Counted from the stretch's first letter, positions 1 to 9,425 are shown. The stretch: 64,000 bases of DNA from Chloroflexota bacterium (GCA_034422515.1 DAOUJP010000007.1:21175-85174), one strand, 5' to 3'. Translations and numbers: made by a program. The notes: a model not told the origin generated them from the letters alone.

Positions 1-581
1 CACAAGCTCGTATCATCGAACTGCACGACGGTCACCCCGGTCCGGGCAACGGCTGCCAGTTCGTGCCTGAGCACCGGGACCAGCGCCTGCATGAACGCTT
101 CCCGCGTGGGATAGGCGCGGCGTGACCGCTCCGGCTCCCACAGCCGTTGCCCCAGCAGGTACGGTGATGGCAAGCAGACCTTCGTCATCCGGTCGGTGTG
201 CTGGACGAGAAAGCGTGCCTCCTCCGCGATGCGGCCGGGGCGGCGTGGAGTCATTGGCTCAACCACTGTATGGAAGGGGCGCGCTTTGCCTAGCTCGTCG
301 TCTACGACGTAGGCCTCGAAACCGTGCATGATCTCGGCGATCACACCGAAATACGACCGCCGCCGCCATTCGCCGTCGGAGATCAGGTCGAGGCCGGCAG
401 CCTCCTGCATAGCGATGATGTATTGCGTTGCGGCGTCCAGCCGCCGCGCATGTACGTCCGCCGGGGTGTGGCCTTCGGCACGCGGGTCGAGCAAATCGCG
501 CAGGAATTGTGGCCGCGGCATACTGCCCACGACGCCGGTGGGGAAGAGTTGCCCGCTTGTGCCGACCTGTCCAGCCATCAT
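1..581 (-). CDS. Cobalamin-independent methionine synthase II (MetE C-terminal-like) family protein; runs off the window edge
   Basis: Not in the ORF track (no stop in window). Manual translation from ATG 581: MMAGQVGTSGQLFPTGVVGSMPRPQFL...MQEAAGLDLISDGEWRRRSY...KVCLPSPYLL...VVQFDD. The VGSxPRP and Q.xxGLDxxSDGExRR motifs match this family. Start overlaps the upstream stop (ATGA). Confidence 0.8.
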   Translation of the reverse strand, partial: MMAGQVGTSGQLFPTGVVGSMPRPQFLRDLLDPRAEGHTPADVHARRLDAATQYIIAMQEAAGLDLISDGEWRRRSYFGVIAEIMHGFEAYVVDDELGKARPFHTVVEPMTPRRPGRIAEEARFLVQHTDRMTKVCLPSPYLLGQRLWEPERSRRAYPTREAFMQALVPVLRHELAAVARTGVTVVQFDDTSL

Positions 582-1333
582 CGCCATTCCGCACACACGA
601 TCTCGTAATCTTCGGTGGTGTCAATCTCGTAGTAATCGCCGTGGGTATCCACTTTGTGTATCGCGACGCCTTGCTCCAGCATCTCTTGCAGGAGGTGGAT
701 CAAGTAGGCGGTCTGCACGGAGGCGGCGCCCTGAAATGGCCCGTCACCGTAGTCGGCTAAGACCCGGTGATAATGCTCACGGAGCAGGTGGGCGCCGCGT
801 GGGCTGAACTTGGCGACGCCGATGTACTCGCCACTTGCCTCGTTCGCCGGGATGCGACGGCTCACGCCGGTGATACGGTCGCCATGCGCCAGCACCTTCT
901 CAGCATCCGATTCCGGGTGCTGCGAGCGATGCCGGTACCGCCGGCGCCAGTCGGTATCCACCACTAAGGTAATGTCGGCCCGACTATTCATCAATCGTGC
1001 TACGGCGTGTGGCCGATAAAGAATGTCGGCGTAGGTGCAGACGAAGCCGTCGGTCATGGCCGGTTCGGCGTAGAAGAGCGAGGTGAGGATGTTATTCCGG
1101 GGCCAGTCCACGTTCTCGTAGTACGTGAACTCAGGATAGGCCGCGCGGATGCGGGACAACTGATAGCCGCCGACAAAGGCGATCCGGCGTGGCCCGAACC
1201 CCCCGGCCGCCAGCGCCGCCAAAATCCAGTCCAGGATACGCCGACCCGCTACCGGCGCAAAGCACTTGGGCTGCGCGGTGGTCAGGGGCATGAGGCGCCG
1301 GCCACGGCCCGCGCCAATCACAATGGCTTGCAT
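578..1333 (-). CDS. Nucleotidyltransferase (phosphocholine cytidylyltransferase/LicC-like)
   Basis: N-terminal AIVIGAGRGRRL...PKCF motif; YADILY and EYIG motifs; C-terminal EIDT.EDY. Confidence 0.85.
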   Translation of the reverse strand: MQAIVIGAGRGRRLMPLTTAQPKCFAPVAGRRILDWILAALAAGGFGPRRIAFVGGYQLSRIRAAYPEFTYYENVDWPRNNILTSLFYAEPAMTDGFVCTYADILYRPHAVARLMNSRADITLVVDTDWRRRYRHRSQHPESDAEKVLAHGDRITGVSRRIPANEASGEYIGVAKFSPRGAHLLREHYHRVLADYGDGPFQGAASVQTAYLIHLLQEMLEQGVAIHKVDTHGDYYEIDTTEDYEIVCAEWR

Positions 1334-1523
1334 CAGCCCAAGTCTAGCAGGATGAAGACGCGGAGCAGCGCCAATACCAGCGCGCGCATGTAATGGAGTG
1401 TATCAGGTGCTCAGACAGCACGATTGGAGTGGGCAGACTTGAGGTGGATGCTGCTGCTGATGCGTGCTTCCCGTGCCGCCTGGATTGGGTGCTGAATGGC
1501 GTTCGCGTTGTGTGCGTTGGAGT

Positions 1524-1835
1524 CTACCCCTCAGCTTGCTGTTGCCGGTGCCACGCCTGCCAACGGGCCAGGTCTCCCGCCCGCAGCCGGTCGCTCCAGA
1601 GCGCGTCGGGGCCGGCGCGGCCGAGGAGGCGCATGTGCCGTACCCAGCCGAGGTAGCCGGGAAGCTGCCGCACGAACGCGCGCAGCGCCGCGGGGTTGAC
1701 GTGCCACCACGGGCGTTCGTGCGGCAACGACGGTGCGTAGAGGCCAAAGGTTTCCAGCCGCCAGCGCCGATACCGATGGTCGCGGAACCACCACAGATGG
1801 TGCAGGTGACAACCCCAGTCCCGCATCGCGTTCAT
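1524..1835 (-). CDS. Hypothetical Trp/Arg-rich protein
   Basis: 103-aa ORF co-oriented with and tightly spaced to neighbours (14 nt from upstream gene); protein-like composition; no motif recognised. Confidence 0.55.
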   Translation of the reverse strand: MNAMRDWGCHLHHLWWFRDHRYRRWRLETFGLYAPSLPHERPWWHVNPAALRAFVRQLPGYLGWVRHMRLLGRAGPDALWSDRLRAGDLARWQAWHRQQQAEG

Positions 1836-1849
1836 TCCCCGCCTGCCCG

Positions 1850-2020
1850 CTAAAACAGGAACTGGACCATAATCACGACGTAAATGAAGCCCAGTATGCC
1901 GAAGGCGAGACCCAGCAGGATGAACAGGGCCACTTGCTTGCGAAACGGCAGCCGATAGATATGCCGACGCAGCCGGTCGGTAGGCTCGTAGATACGCTCC
2001 GGTGGTTCATCTCTGCTCAT
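1850..2020 (-). CDS. Small single-pass membrane protein (56 aa)
   Basis: Start trimmed to ATG 2020 (GAGG upstream; removes overlap with acuC). C-terminal hydrophobic segment VALFILLGLAFGILGFIYVVIMVQFLF. Confidence 0.6.
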   Translation of the reverse strand: MSRDEPPERIYEPTDRLRRHIYRLPFRKQVALFILLGLAFGILGFIYVVIMVQFLF

Positions 2021-2027
2021 CTGTGCC

Positions 2028-3176
2028 TCACGATGCTCCGGGGGCGGTGGGCTGTATCGGTTTGGGGGGCTCGACACGAGTGGTGAGTGGTGCCGCCTTT
2101 AAATTATAGAACGGAAAGGCCCGTGTTTGCACGGCGGCGATGAGCCTCGCGGCGGTGTCGGCGGCCAGGTCACGCGCCCCCGGTGGATTGTCCGGGCCAA
2201 TCAGGGCAGCGGCGGTGGCTCGAACGGCCGCCGGTGCCTCCAGCAATGCCAGCAGCAGCGTGGCCCAACAGCGGGCCACGACCGTAGGATTGTAGCCACC
2301 CCCGCCGACGACCACCAGCCGTCCGTCGCAGAGACGGTGTGCCAGATCGTGGACACTGCGCGCGATATGCCCGAAGGTCCGCAACGTCAATCCCAGCTGC
2401 ACCATCGCGTCCCGGTAGTGACCATCCACCCCGAACTGCAAGATGATCGCCTGTGGGCAGTACGCCTGGATGAGTGGTGGCACCAGCGCGTCGAAGACGT
2501 GACGGTAGGTGGCATCGCTTGTGCCGCGAGGGAGCGGGATGTTCACTTTGCTGCCCAGCCCTGGTCCCCAGCCTAGCTCGTCATAGTGGCCGCTGCCGGG
2601 AAAGAAGCGTCCGTCGTAGCGATGCAGCGATACCGTGAGCACGTCCTCGCCGTAGAGCAGTTCTTGCGTCCCGTCGCCATGATGACCGTCAATGTCAATG
2701 ATGGCAATACGGCGCCAGCCATAGTGCTGTTGGGCGTGTCGGACCGCAATCACCACGTCGTTCAACGGGCAGAATCCGCTGGCACGGTCGCGGTGTGCGT
2801 GGTGCAACCCACCACCGGGATTGAAAGCGTGGGCTGCTCCGGCCGTCGCGATGGCGTCTACGCCGGCCAGCGATCCGCCGACGGCCACGCGCGCCCGCTG
2901 CCAGACGCCGCGCCAGGCCGGGGTTGATGTGCCGTCCAATGTCCCGTGACCGCGGCGATCCGCTGCTTGCAGCCGGTCGAGATAGTCGGGATCGTGGACC
3001 GTGAGCAGCGCGTCGAACGCAGCGGCCTCCTGCTGAACCTCCGCTAGGAGTGGGTCGAAGCCGCAAGCGGTGAAGAACTGCCGTGCTGTGCCGTAGCGTT
3101 CCCACGCCCGCGGCAGCGGTGAGAAGCCGCGCCCCGTGTAGGCGGGGTGGTAGGTCAGGAGCACACGTCCAGGCAT
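2028..3176 (-). CDS. acuC: Acetoin utilisation AcuC / histone deacetylase-family deacylase
   Basis: GGGLHHA, ASGFCPLND, IDIDGHHGDGTQ, SLH, FFPGSG, GVDGHYRD and GGGGY motifs. Confidence 0.9.
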   Translation of the reverse strand: MPGRVLLTYHPAYTGRGFSPLPRAWERYGTARQFFTACGFDPLLAEVQQEAAAFDALLTVHDPDYLDRLQAADRRGHGTLDGTSTPAWRGVWQRARVAVGGSLAGVDAIATAGAAHAFNPGGGLHHAHRDRASGFCPLNDVVIAVRHAQQHYGWRRIAIIDIDGHHGDGTQELLYGEDVLTVSLHRYDGRFFPGSGHYDELGWGPGLGSKVNIPLPRGTSDATYRHVFDALVPPLIQAYCPQAIILQFGVDGHYRDAMVQLGLTLRTFGHIARSVHDLAHRLCDGRLVVVGGGGYNPTVVARCWATLLLALLEAPAAVRATAAALIGPDNPPGARDLAADTAARLIAAVQTRAFPFYNLKAAPLTTRVEPPKPIQPTAPGAS

Positions 3177-3337
3177 CGTGGTTGTCTCCAGGCGAGACGG
3201 GCACACGTGTCGTCCGCCCCGCCGGCTGGCGCCACTGCCGCGCTGACTCTACCCCATCTGTAGGGCAGTTGGTGTGGTGCCGGTGCCGCTCCGTATGATG
3301 GTGGGACTGGATCATTGGTGAGATCGAGGGAGAGCAC

Positions 3338-4441
3338 ATGGACACCACAGCAGCGGTCAAGCTATTCCATAACAATTGGTTCCGCCGCGACGCAGAGCAT
3401 GTGGCGCTTACGCTCGCCGAGGAGCAGTTCATTGCCGCGGCGTTGGGTCCGGCGCCGACGCGCTGGTCCGGCGCACCGGACATCGAGCGGATGAAAGTAA
3501 TTCTGGCCAACGAGCCATCGGTGCTCGACCGCATCGGCGCACAGCTACTCCAGGTTGTGATCGGCATGAAGGGGTGTGGACCGGCCGTACAACTCCTCCT
3601 CGATCGGGGAGTGTCGCTCGACATCAACGAGACCGAATACAACGTCCTCCACGAGGCGGCGTGGGGCGGTATGACCGATACCCTCCGGGCCGTGTTCGAG
3701 GCGGGTGCGGCCGACGCGACCGGTGTCTCGGTACGCAAGCCACACACCGGCTGGCCCGATAATCTCTCGCTGATGTACTGGGCCGCCTGGGGCGGATACG
3801 CGGAGCTTGCGGAACTCTTGATCCGTTATGGTGTCGGCGTGCATCACGAGTTGCCGATCAAGGGGAACGGTGAGCGAGGTATGACCTCCCTGCAGGAAGC
3901 CGCCGCGCCAGTTCATTGGGAAGAGCAGGTGTGGCGGGCTAAAGGGAAGCGCGGGGTCGCGCGAGTGCTGGTCGCAGACGGCGCATACTACGACGTCTAC
4001 TCGGCGTGCGCCCTCAACGATACCGACCGGCTACGGGAGCTTATTGACGAGGACCCCGCCGTCGTGGACGCCACCGAGGATTACGGCATGACGCCGCTCC
4101 ATTGGGCTGCGCGGGCCGGAGCAATGGAGTGCGCGGAGCTGCTAGTGGCAGAGGGAGCCGCCGTCAACGCGCTGAACAAGGCCCAGCGCACGCCGCTGCA
4201 ACTGGCTGCCGAGAAAGACCAGTCCGACATGGTGCGCTTGCTCGCAACGCACGGCGCCGACCTGAACACCCAGGACAAGAAGGGCCGCACGCCTCTCCAC
4301 CGGGCGATGTATGAGGGCCGGGTCGCCGCGGCCGAGACGCTCTTGGCGGCCGGCGCCGACCTAATGGTGCCGAACAAGCGCGGTAAGAACGCCTTCAAGA
4401 TCGCCAGGAAAGCGGCCAGGCATTTCAGGACGCTCGTGTGA
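3338..4441 (+). CDS. Ankyrin repeat protein
   Basis: About seven ankyrin-like units (VLHEAAWGG, LMYWAAWGG, TPLHWAARAG, TPLQLAAEKD, TPLHRAMYEG and others); GGGAGAG RBS. Confidence 0.85.
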   Translation: MDTTAAVKLFHNNWFRRDAEHVALTLAEEQFIAAALGPAPTRWSGAPDIERMKVILANEPSVLDRIGAQLLQVVIGMKGCGPAVQLLLDRGVSLDINETEYNVLHEAAWGGMTDTLRAVFEAGAADATGVSVRKPHTGWPDNLSLMYWAAWGGYAELAELLIRYGVGVHHELPIKGNGERGMTSLQEAAAPVHWEEQVWRAKGKRGVARVLVADGAYYDVYSACALNDTDRLRELIDEDPAVVDATEDYGMTPLHWAARAGAMECAELLVAEGAAVNALNKAQRTPLQLAAEKDQSDMVRLLATHGADLNTQDKKGRTPLHRAMYEGRVAAAETLLAAGADLMVPNKRGKNAFKIARKAARHFRTLV

Positions 4442-4515
4442 GCGCGGTGCTACGATACAATAGGATGCAAGTCGGTGTAGTCATCAATGCCAGCGTAGAC
4501 TGAGGAGTGATCGTG

Positions 4516-5112
4516 ATGCAGGCTACGAGGCCGGCCGCCGCGCCCGCAGTGCTGCCGGTGGCTGCGAACGGGCTATACACTGCCGACGAGTTCATGGCGT
4601 TGCCGCTCGACCTGAAACGCTACGAGCTGGTGCGAGGTATGCTCGCGGAGGTAGCAGTGACCGGTTATGAACACGCCGAAGTCGAGGCAAATGTCTTCCG
4701 GCTGCTCGATCAGCACGTTTGGCCCCGACGGTTAGGGCGGGTCACGGGAGGCGGTGCGATGTTCCGCCTGCAACAGGAGCCGGATACGCTGCGCCGCCCG
4801 GATGTTGCGTTTGTGCGAACGGATCGTCTCCCGGCCCGCGATCAGCGGCGCTCATATGCCCAGTTCATTCCCGAGCTAGCCGTAGAAATCCTCTCGCCGA
4901 GCAATACGGCGGCAGAGATGCGGGAAAAGGTCGCGGAGTACCTGCGGGTCGGTGTGCTGCTGGTATGGATCGTTGATCCTGAGAGAGAGACCGTGACGAT
5001 CCATACATCGGATGCGGCGCCGGTGATACTGCCCGCCGCCGCCGAGATCACCGGTGGTGCCGTGCTGCCCGACTTCCGTTGCCCCGTCGCCGCCTTCTTC
5101 GACCTCGCCTGA
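4516..5112 (+). CDS. Uma2 (DUF820) family PD-(D/E)XK endonuclease-like protein
   Basis: YELVRG, RRPDVAFV, PELAVEILSPSN, KVAEYLRVGV..VWIVDP motifs; GAGGAG 8 nt before ATG 4516. Confidence 0.9.
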   Translation: MQATRPAAAPAVLPVAANGLYTADEFMALPLDLKRYELVRGMLAEVAVTGYEHAEVEANVFRLLDQHVWPRRLGRVTGGGAMFRLQQEPDTLRRPDVAFVRTDRLPARDQRRSYAQFIPELAVEILSPSNTAAEMREKVAEYLRVGVLLVWIVDPERETVTIHTSDAAPVILPAAAEITGGAVLPDFRCPVAAFFDLA

Positions 5113-5187
5113 GCCACCGCACGGCACGGTGTCGTTACCGCAGATGCACCCCATCGCCCTCCACGTCCGTCCTACGCGAGTGGCCCC

Positions 5188-5775
5188 ATGAGTGATACGC
5201 GCACATATCCTCAGTTCCTGGTTGTCCTGCGCGGGCCGGCCGGTGTGGGAAAAACCACCCTCGCGAAGTCGGTGCAGGCCGCGGCCAACCAGCGCATCGC
5301 GACCATTGATACCGACCTCTTCAACTGGGAGATCGTTCCTGGCGAGCCGGACAAGGCGCTCGTGTATCGCAATCTCGTCATGCTTGCCGAGAGCTATCTT
5401 CGTAGCCGCTATAGCGTCATTATCAGCGGCCTGATCCTCTCGTCGGAAGAGGTGGGCGCAATGCAGAAGCTACGCCGGTTCGCCGCCAGCCGTGGTGTCA
5501 TCTTCCTCGACTTCTACTGCTGGGCGTCACGTGAAGTGGTAGTCCGGCGCAATCGGACCAGAGACAAGCCGGTGCCGGAGGCGGCGGTGCTCCGTTGGTG
5601 GGAGCAGGCCGAGTTGGACAAGCCGAATGTAGCCTGGGAGTTTGTCACTCTGGACATGAGCGCGGCGTTAGCATTGCTCACCAGTCAGGTGCTCGCTACC
5701 GTCGAGGAGGCTCATCTTCAGCTGCTTGCGAGTGGCACAATCCCTCCCAAGAGCAAGCTGCGGCAAGGCGGCTAG
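5188..5775 (+). CDS. P-loop kinase / AAA_33-like protein
   Basis: Walker A GPAGVGKTT near the N-terminus; small NMP-kinase-like layout with a lid-like RNRTR segment. Confidence 0.75.
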   Translation: MSDTRTYPQFLVVLRGPAGVGKTTLAKSVQAAANQRIATIDTDLFNWEIVPGEPDKALVYRNLVMLAESYLRSRYSVIISGLILSSEEVGAMQKLRRFAASRGVIFLDFYCWASREVVVRRNRTRDKPVPEAAVLRWWEQAELDKPNVAWEFVTLDMSAALALLTSQVLATVEEAHLQLLASGTIPPKSKLRQGG

Positions 5776-5891
5776 CGCTCCGTTCTCGAGACGGAACGAA
5801 CCCTCCTCAGAATACTTGACATAAGCACTGCGACTGTCAGGTGAGCGCCAAGGGTAGGGTAGTGGCCTCTGCTGAACGGCAATCGGCGCAG

Positions 5892-7106
5892 TTACCGGAG
5901 GCTGCGTACCGGCGAGAGTAGCAGCCAGAGCACGGCGAGCAGCCCGCCAAGGGCGCCAATCAGCAGCGCATTCCCTACACCGAGCGTCTCGGCGAGTATA
6001 CCGCCGACCAGTGCCCCCAGCGGCGACGTGCCTACGCCGATGAACACCATGCTGGCGTTGACGCGCCCCAGCAACCGCGGCGGGGTCAACGTTTGCTGCA
6101 TGCTGGTGCTGGTGACGTTGTAGAGGGGATTGGCAATCCCCAGGAGCAAGGATCGGCACACCAGCAGCGGCAGTGCGGCCCCTAGCAGGACGCCGGCCAG
6201 CGGGACCAGCACGTTGGCCACGCCGATCAGCAGTGCTCCCAGCAGCATCGTCGGTCCCTGACCTAGCCGCAGCGTCACGCGGTTGACTAGCACTGCGCCA
6301 AACAACCAAGCAACGCTGCCCAGCGCGTAGATCGCGCCCAGCAGTGCCGGTGACAGCGCCAGGTGGCGCAGGGCGTAGAGATTGAAGAGCGCATCGAAGA
6401 TGGCGCCGAAGCCGTTGAGGGTGCCGGAGCAGCCAGCAAAGGCCCGCAGCACCGGCTGTCTCGCCAGCAAACGTAGTCCCTCGCCGATCTCGTGCCAGAT
6501 ACGCTGTTCCTGATTGCCTGCGGGCGGGGCCGGCTCGTCTGTGCGGATGAGTCGAAGGCACAGCACCGACGCCAGGAACGAGCCGGCATCTACCAGGAGC
6601 GCCAAGGGTGCGGTAATGACCTGCACCAATATCCCGCCAACACCCGGCCCGGCAATTTGCGCCAACGACTCGCTCGCCGCGAGCTTGCTGTTCCCCTCTA
6701 CCAGTTGGCCGCGTGGTACCAGGGCTGGCAAGTATGAGTCGGCGGCCACGTTGAAGCACACGGTCAGGGTGGTGGCAAGTACGGCGACGAGGTACAAGTA
6801 TTCGATGCGTAGGAGACCGAGCGCCGCGGCGAGTGGGATCGAACCCAAAAGCAGCGCCCGTCCCCAGTCTGCCCCGATGAGCACCGGCCGTCGGCGCAGA
6901 CGGTCAACCCAGGCGCCAGCGGGCAGACTGACCAGGAGTGATGGGAGAGTCGCCGCCGCGGTGAGGATGCCCAACTGCGCTGGTGTCGCATCGAGGGTCA
7001 AAATGGCGGTCATCGGCAGTGCGAGCACTGTGACCTCTGAACCGAAGAGGGAGATCGTTCGGCCGACCCAAAACTTGCGGAAGTCGGGGTGGTACCAGAG
7101 GTTCAT
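5892..7106 (-). CDS. MFS transporter (MFS_3 / EntS-like)
   Basis: DFRKFWVGRTISLFGSEVT start; GAWVDRLRRRPVL motif A; about 12 hydrophobic segments. Confidence 0.9.
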   Translation of the reverse strand: MNLWYHPDFRKFWVGRTISLFGSEVTVLALPMTAILTLDATPAQLGILTAAATLPSLLVSLPAGAWVDRLRRRPVLIGADWGRALLLGSIPLAAALGLLRIEYLYLVAVLATTLTVCFNVAADSYLPALVPRGQLVEGNSKLAASESLAQIAGPGVGGILVQVITAPLALLVDAGSFLASVLCLRLIRTDEPAPPAGNQEQRIWHEIGEGLRLLARQPVLRAFAGCSGTLNGFGAIFDALFNLYALRHLALSPALLGAIYALGSVAWLFGAVLVNRVTLRLGQGPTMLLGALLIGVANVLVPLAGVLLGAALPLLVCRSLLLGIANPLYNVTSTSMQQTLTPPRLLGRVNASMVFIGVGTSPLGALVGGILAETLGVGNALLIGALGGLLAVLWLLLSPVRSLR

Positions 7107-7296
7107 CGTTGGCTGAGTTCCTCGGCGGTGTGCAGCGCCGCTCCGCTGCCCTCGCGCGGGGCTTTTGACAGACCGCTCCGTGCCGAATGGTAGCTTATGA
7201 TACCGCGTGCAGCGTAGGCGCTAACCTGGTGGCTGCCGGTTTCGTTCGCTTGGATGGAGTGCGGCGACATGAGCGCCACCCCCACGGAGACCAGGT

Positions 7297-8325
7297 ATGA
7301 GCACAGCGCCGGATTGGTTACCCGCTGTTGCGGCTGCTCACGCTGCTAGAGCGCATACCTGGACCGAACGCGGCGTGACGGTGCGCCGGGTGACCGGTGG
7401 GGCCAATAACGCGCTGTACTGCGTGGAGGCCGGCGGTCAGCGGTACGCCTGTAAGCTGTGTGTGGCTGATGATCGCCGGCGGGCGGCGCGCGAGTACGGC
7501 ACCCTGCGCCTGCTGCAAGCCGCCGGCCTGGACATCGCGCCGTCGCCGCTCTGGCTGGACGAAAGCTGCACCATCCTGCCTTACCCGACGGTCGTCTACC
7601 GCTGGCTGCCCGGCGATCCGCTCGCTCCACCGCTCACGACCCAGTTGCTCGCCGCGCTCATCGGCAGCATCCAACGCCTGCACACCCTCCGGCCGGAGGA
7701 CTTCAAGCACGTTGAGCTATCCGACGGGTGGTTCCACTGGTTTGACTTCGCGCCGTATCTCGATGAGCTTTGCAGCGTCCTGGCCGAGTATGGGCCCTGG
7801 CTGGTAGCCACCGATCCGGAAGGCCGCGACCTGTATGATCGGCTCGCTCGGTTGGTGGACGGTTGCGCGGCATTCGTCGCCGCCACCACCGCCAACCCTG
7901 GACGGGAGAGCGTGCCGCTGTGCCTCTGCCGCGTGGACCCGAACCTGGCGAACGCTGTGTGGAGCGGTGATGGCCGTCTCCGCTGGGTGGATTGGGAATA
8001 CAGCGGGTGGGGCGACCCGGCCCTCGATTTGGCCGACCTGCGTTGGCACGCGGCGCTGTCGAACCTCAGCGCAGCGCAGCACGCCTGGCTCCGCAACAGC
8101 TACCGCCGGCCAGCGGGAGATGATGGCTTTGCGGCGCGCCTTATGGTATGGGACCGGCTCTTGGCGACCCGGTGGGCCTTCCTGATCCTGCGCTGGCTCT
8201 GGAGTGGCCATCACGGCCCGGATCGAGTGCGTCTGACCCATCCTCCCACCGACGTCGGCATCCTTCGTGTCCGCCTCATCCGTTTCATCGCACGCGCCGA
8301 GCAGGTCGTCGCCGGGGACCGTTAG
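7297..8325 (+). CDS. Aminoglycoside phosphotransferase / choline kinase family protein
   Basis: GGANNALY loop, catalytic-loop-like CRVDPNLAN, and VDWEYSGWGDPALDLA. Confidence 0.8.
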   Translation: MSTAPDWLPAVAAAHAARAHTWTERGVTVRRVTGGANNALYCVEAGGQRYACKLCVADDRRRAAREYGTLRLLQAAGLDIAPSPLWLDESCTILPYPTVVYRWLPGDPLAPPLTTQLLAALIGSIQRLHTLRPEDFKHVELSDGWFHWFDFAPYLDELCSVLAEYGPWLVATDPEGRDLYDRLARLVDGCAAFVAATTANPGRESVPLCLCRVDPNLANAVWSGDGRLRWVDWEYSGWGDPALDLADLRWHAALSNLSAAQHAWLRNSYRRPAGDDGFAARLMVWDRLLATRWAFLILRWLWSGHHGPDRVRLTHPPTDVGILRVRLIRFIARAEQVVAGDR

Positions 8326-8331
8326 CCGCCT

Positions 8332-8358
8332 GTCACTCCCGCGTGCGTGGGAATCCAG
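8332..8358. repeat. REP-like palindrome, ATTCCC-N8-GGGAAT family (copy 1)
   Basis: GTCACTCCCGCGTGCGTGGGAATCCAG just after a stop codon; related copies at 18550, 34151, 39683 and 53556. Confidence 0.75.
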
Positions 8359-8563
8359 CCGCCCGCTCCTCACTGTAAAATCTACAGTCCATTGTTCATC
8401 AAGACCCAAACTGGCCTTTGCTGCCCTTGTGGCTACGGCCGGCGGTCGCCGTGACTCCGCCTGACTGACAGTCGGTTGACGGGCGGTGTACTGGCTGCCT
8501 AGAGTGAATAGGTCCATAGGTCCGGTGTTGGCCTTCAGGCCCTCTTCCCGCCTCCGTCGGACT

Positions 8564-8599
8564 CCTCTCTCCACAAGTGGAGAGGGGCCGGGGGTGAGG
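8564..8599. repeat. REP-like element, CCCTCTCCC...GGGAGAGGG-GGGTGAGG family
   Basis: Stem CTCTCCAC/GTGGAGAG followed by GGGGTGAGG; related element at 45837-45880. Confidence 0.55.
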
Positions 8600-8634
8600 A
8601 GTTTATCGGATGACGAGACGAAGACCCTTCTGGG

Positions 8635-9300
8635 ATGGTGAAAGTGACCGAGCTACGACGTACCCCGGTGCAGCTGCCCGGAATGATGGACTTGAGCGAG
8701 GACCAAGCCCGGCGCCTCCAGGTGCGGGCCTTGGTGCCCGGCGAGGACCTGGCGCGGCTGGTGCCCGATGTTGAGCACCTTGCCATCAGTCTGACGAACC
8801 TCAGTTTCTTCAGCTTTCGGCACTTGCCACCGAAAACAACGGTTGAGTTGCACTTCCTCCGGGACAGCAGCGCGGCGGACCTGGAGATCCTCGGAGATTT
8901 GGTGGCGGTTGATACTGACGACGTGCCCTACGAGGGCCGGATAGCGACCCGGTACCACTACACCGTGGTCTTCGACCGCGGCACCGACCGCTCGGTGGAG
9001 TACGTGCTGGCGGCACTGCAGGACCAACCACTGCCGGAGGTGACACCGAGCGACCCGACGTTCGTCGCGACCGGCCTGCGGGGCTGGCTCTACCAGCTAC
9101 GCCGCCGCGTAGGGCGCGAGGCCCAAGGGGGCTTGGTGGTGCAGGGTTTCCTGGTCGTGGCGGCCCTGGTCTTTTTCGGGCTGCTCGACTGGCTCGGCAC
9201 TTCCTTGGGGTTGGGCTGGATCGCCGCTGCACTCGTGGCGCTGGTCATCTCCGTACCGGTCGTGGGATTGGCCGTCTTCTACTTCCTCTTCCGGGGCTAG
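8635..9300 (+). CDS. Membrane protein with a possible degenerate PilZ-like N-terminal domain and two C-terminal TM helices
   Basis: 221-aa ORF with two hydrophobic C-terminal helices. The PilZ-like assignment is by eye only. Confidence 0.6.
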   Translation: MVKVTELRRTPVQLPGMMDLSEDQARRLQVRALVPGEDLARLVPDVEHLAISLTNLSFFSFRHLPPKTTVELHFLRDSSAADLEILGDLVAVDTDDVPYEGRIATRYHYTVVFDRGTDRSVEYVLAALQDQPLPEVTPSDPTFVATGLRGWLYQLRRRVGREAQGGLVVQGFLVVAALVFFGLLDWLGTSLGLGWIAAALVALVISVPVVGLAVFYFLFRG

Positions 9301-9425
9301 GGAAGGGCCGCTCACTGCCAGAACCACAGCACCATGGTCCCAGCGAAATTGCGTCGCTCCGGCTGACTGGCACCACCTCTGGCACCATGCCTTGGTACAT
9401 GTTCCCGGCTAGAGCAGTTGAACAG

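Noticed and set aside
1330-1520. Second selenoprotein via in-frame TGA in ...SNRAV*APDTLHYM...
   Set aside because: No start codon or RBS upstream in that frame, no Cys-motif context and no SECIS-like hairpin.
5817-5826. TTGACATAAG shared with 24761-24770 as a regulator site
   Set aside because: Only two 10-bp copies; the first lies between convergent gene ends, so chance or isolated -35-like boxes are sufficient.
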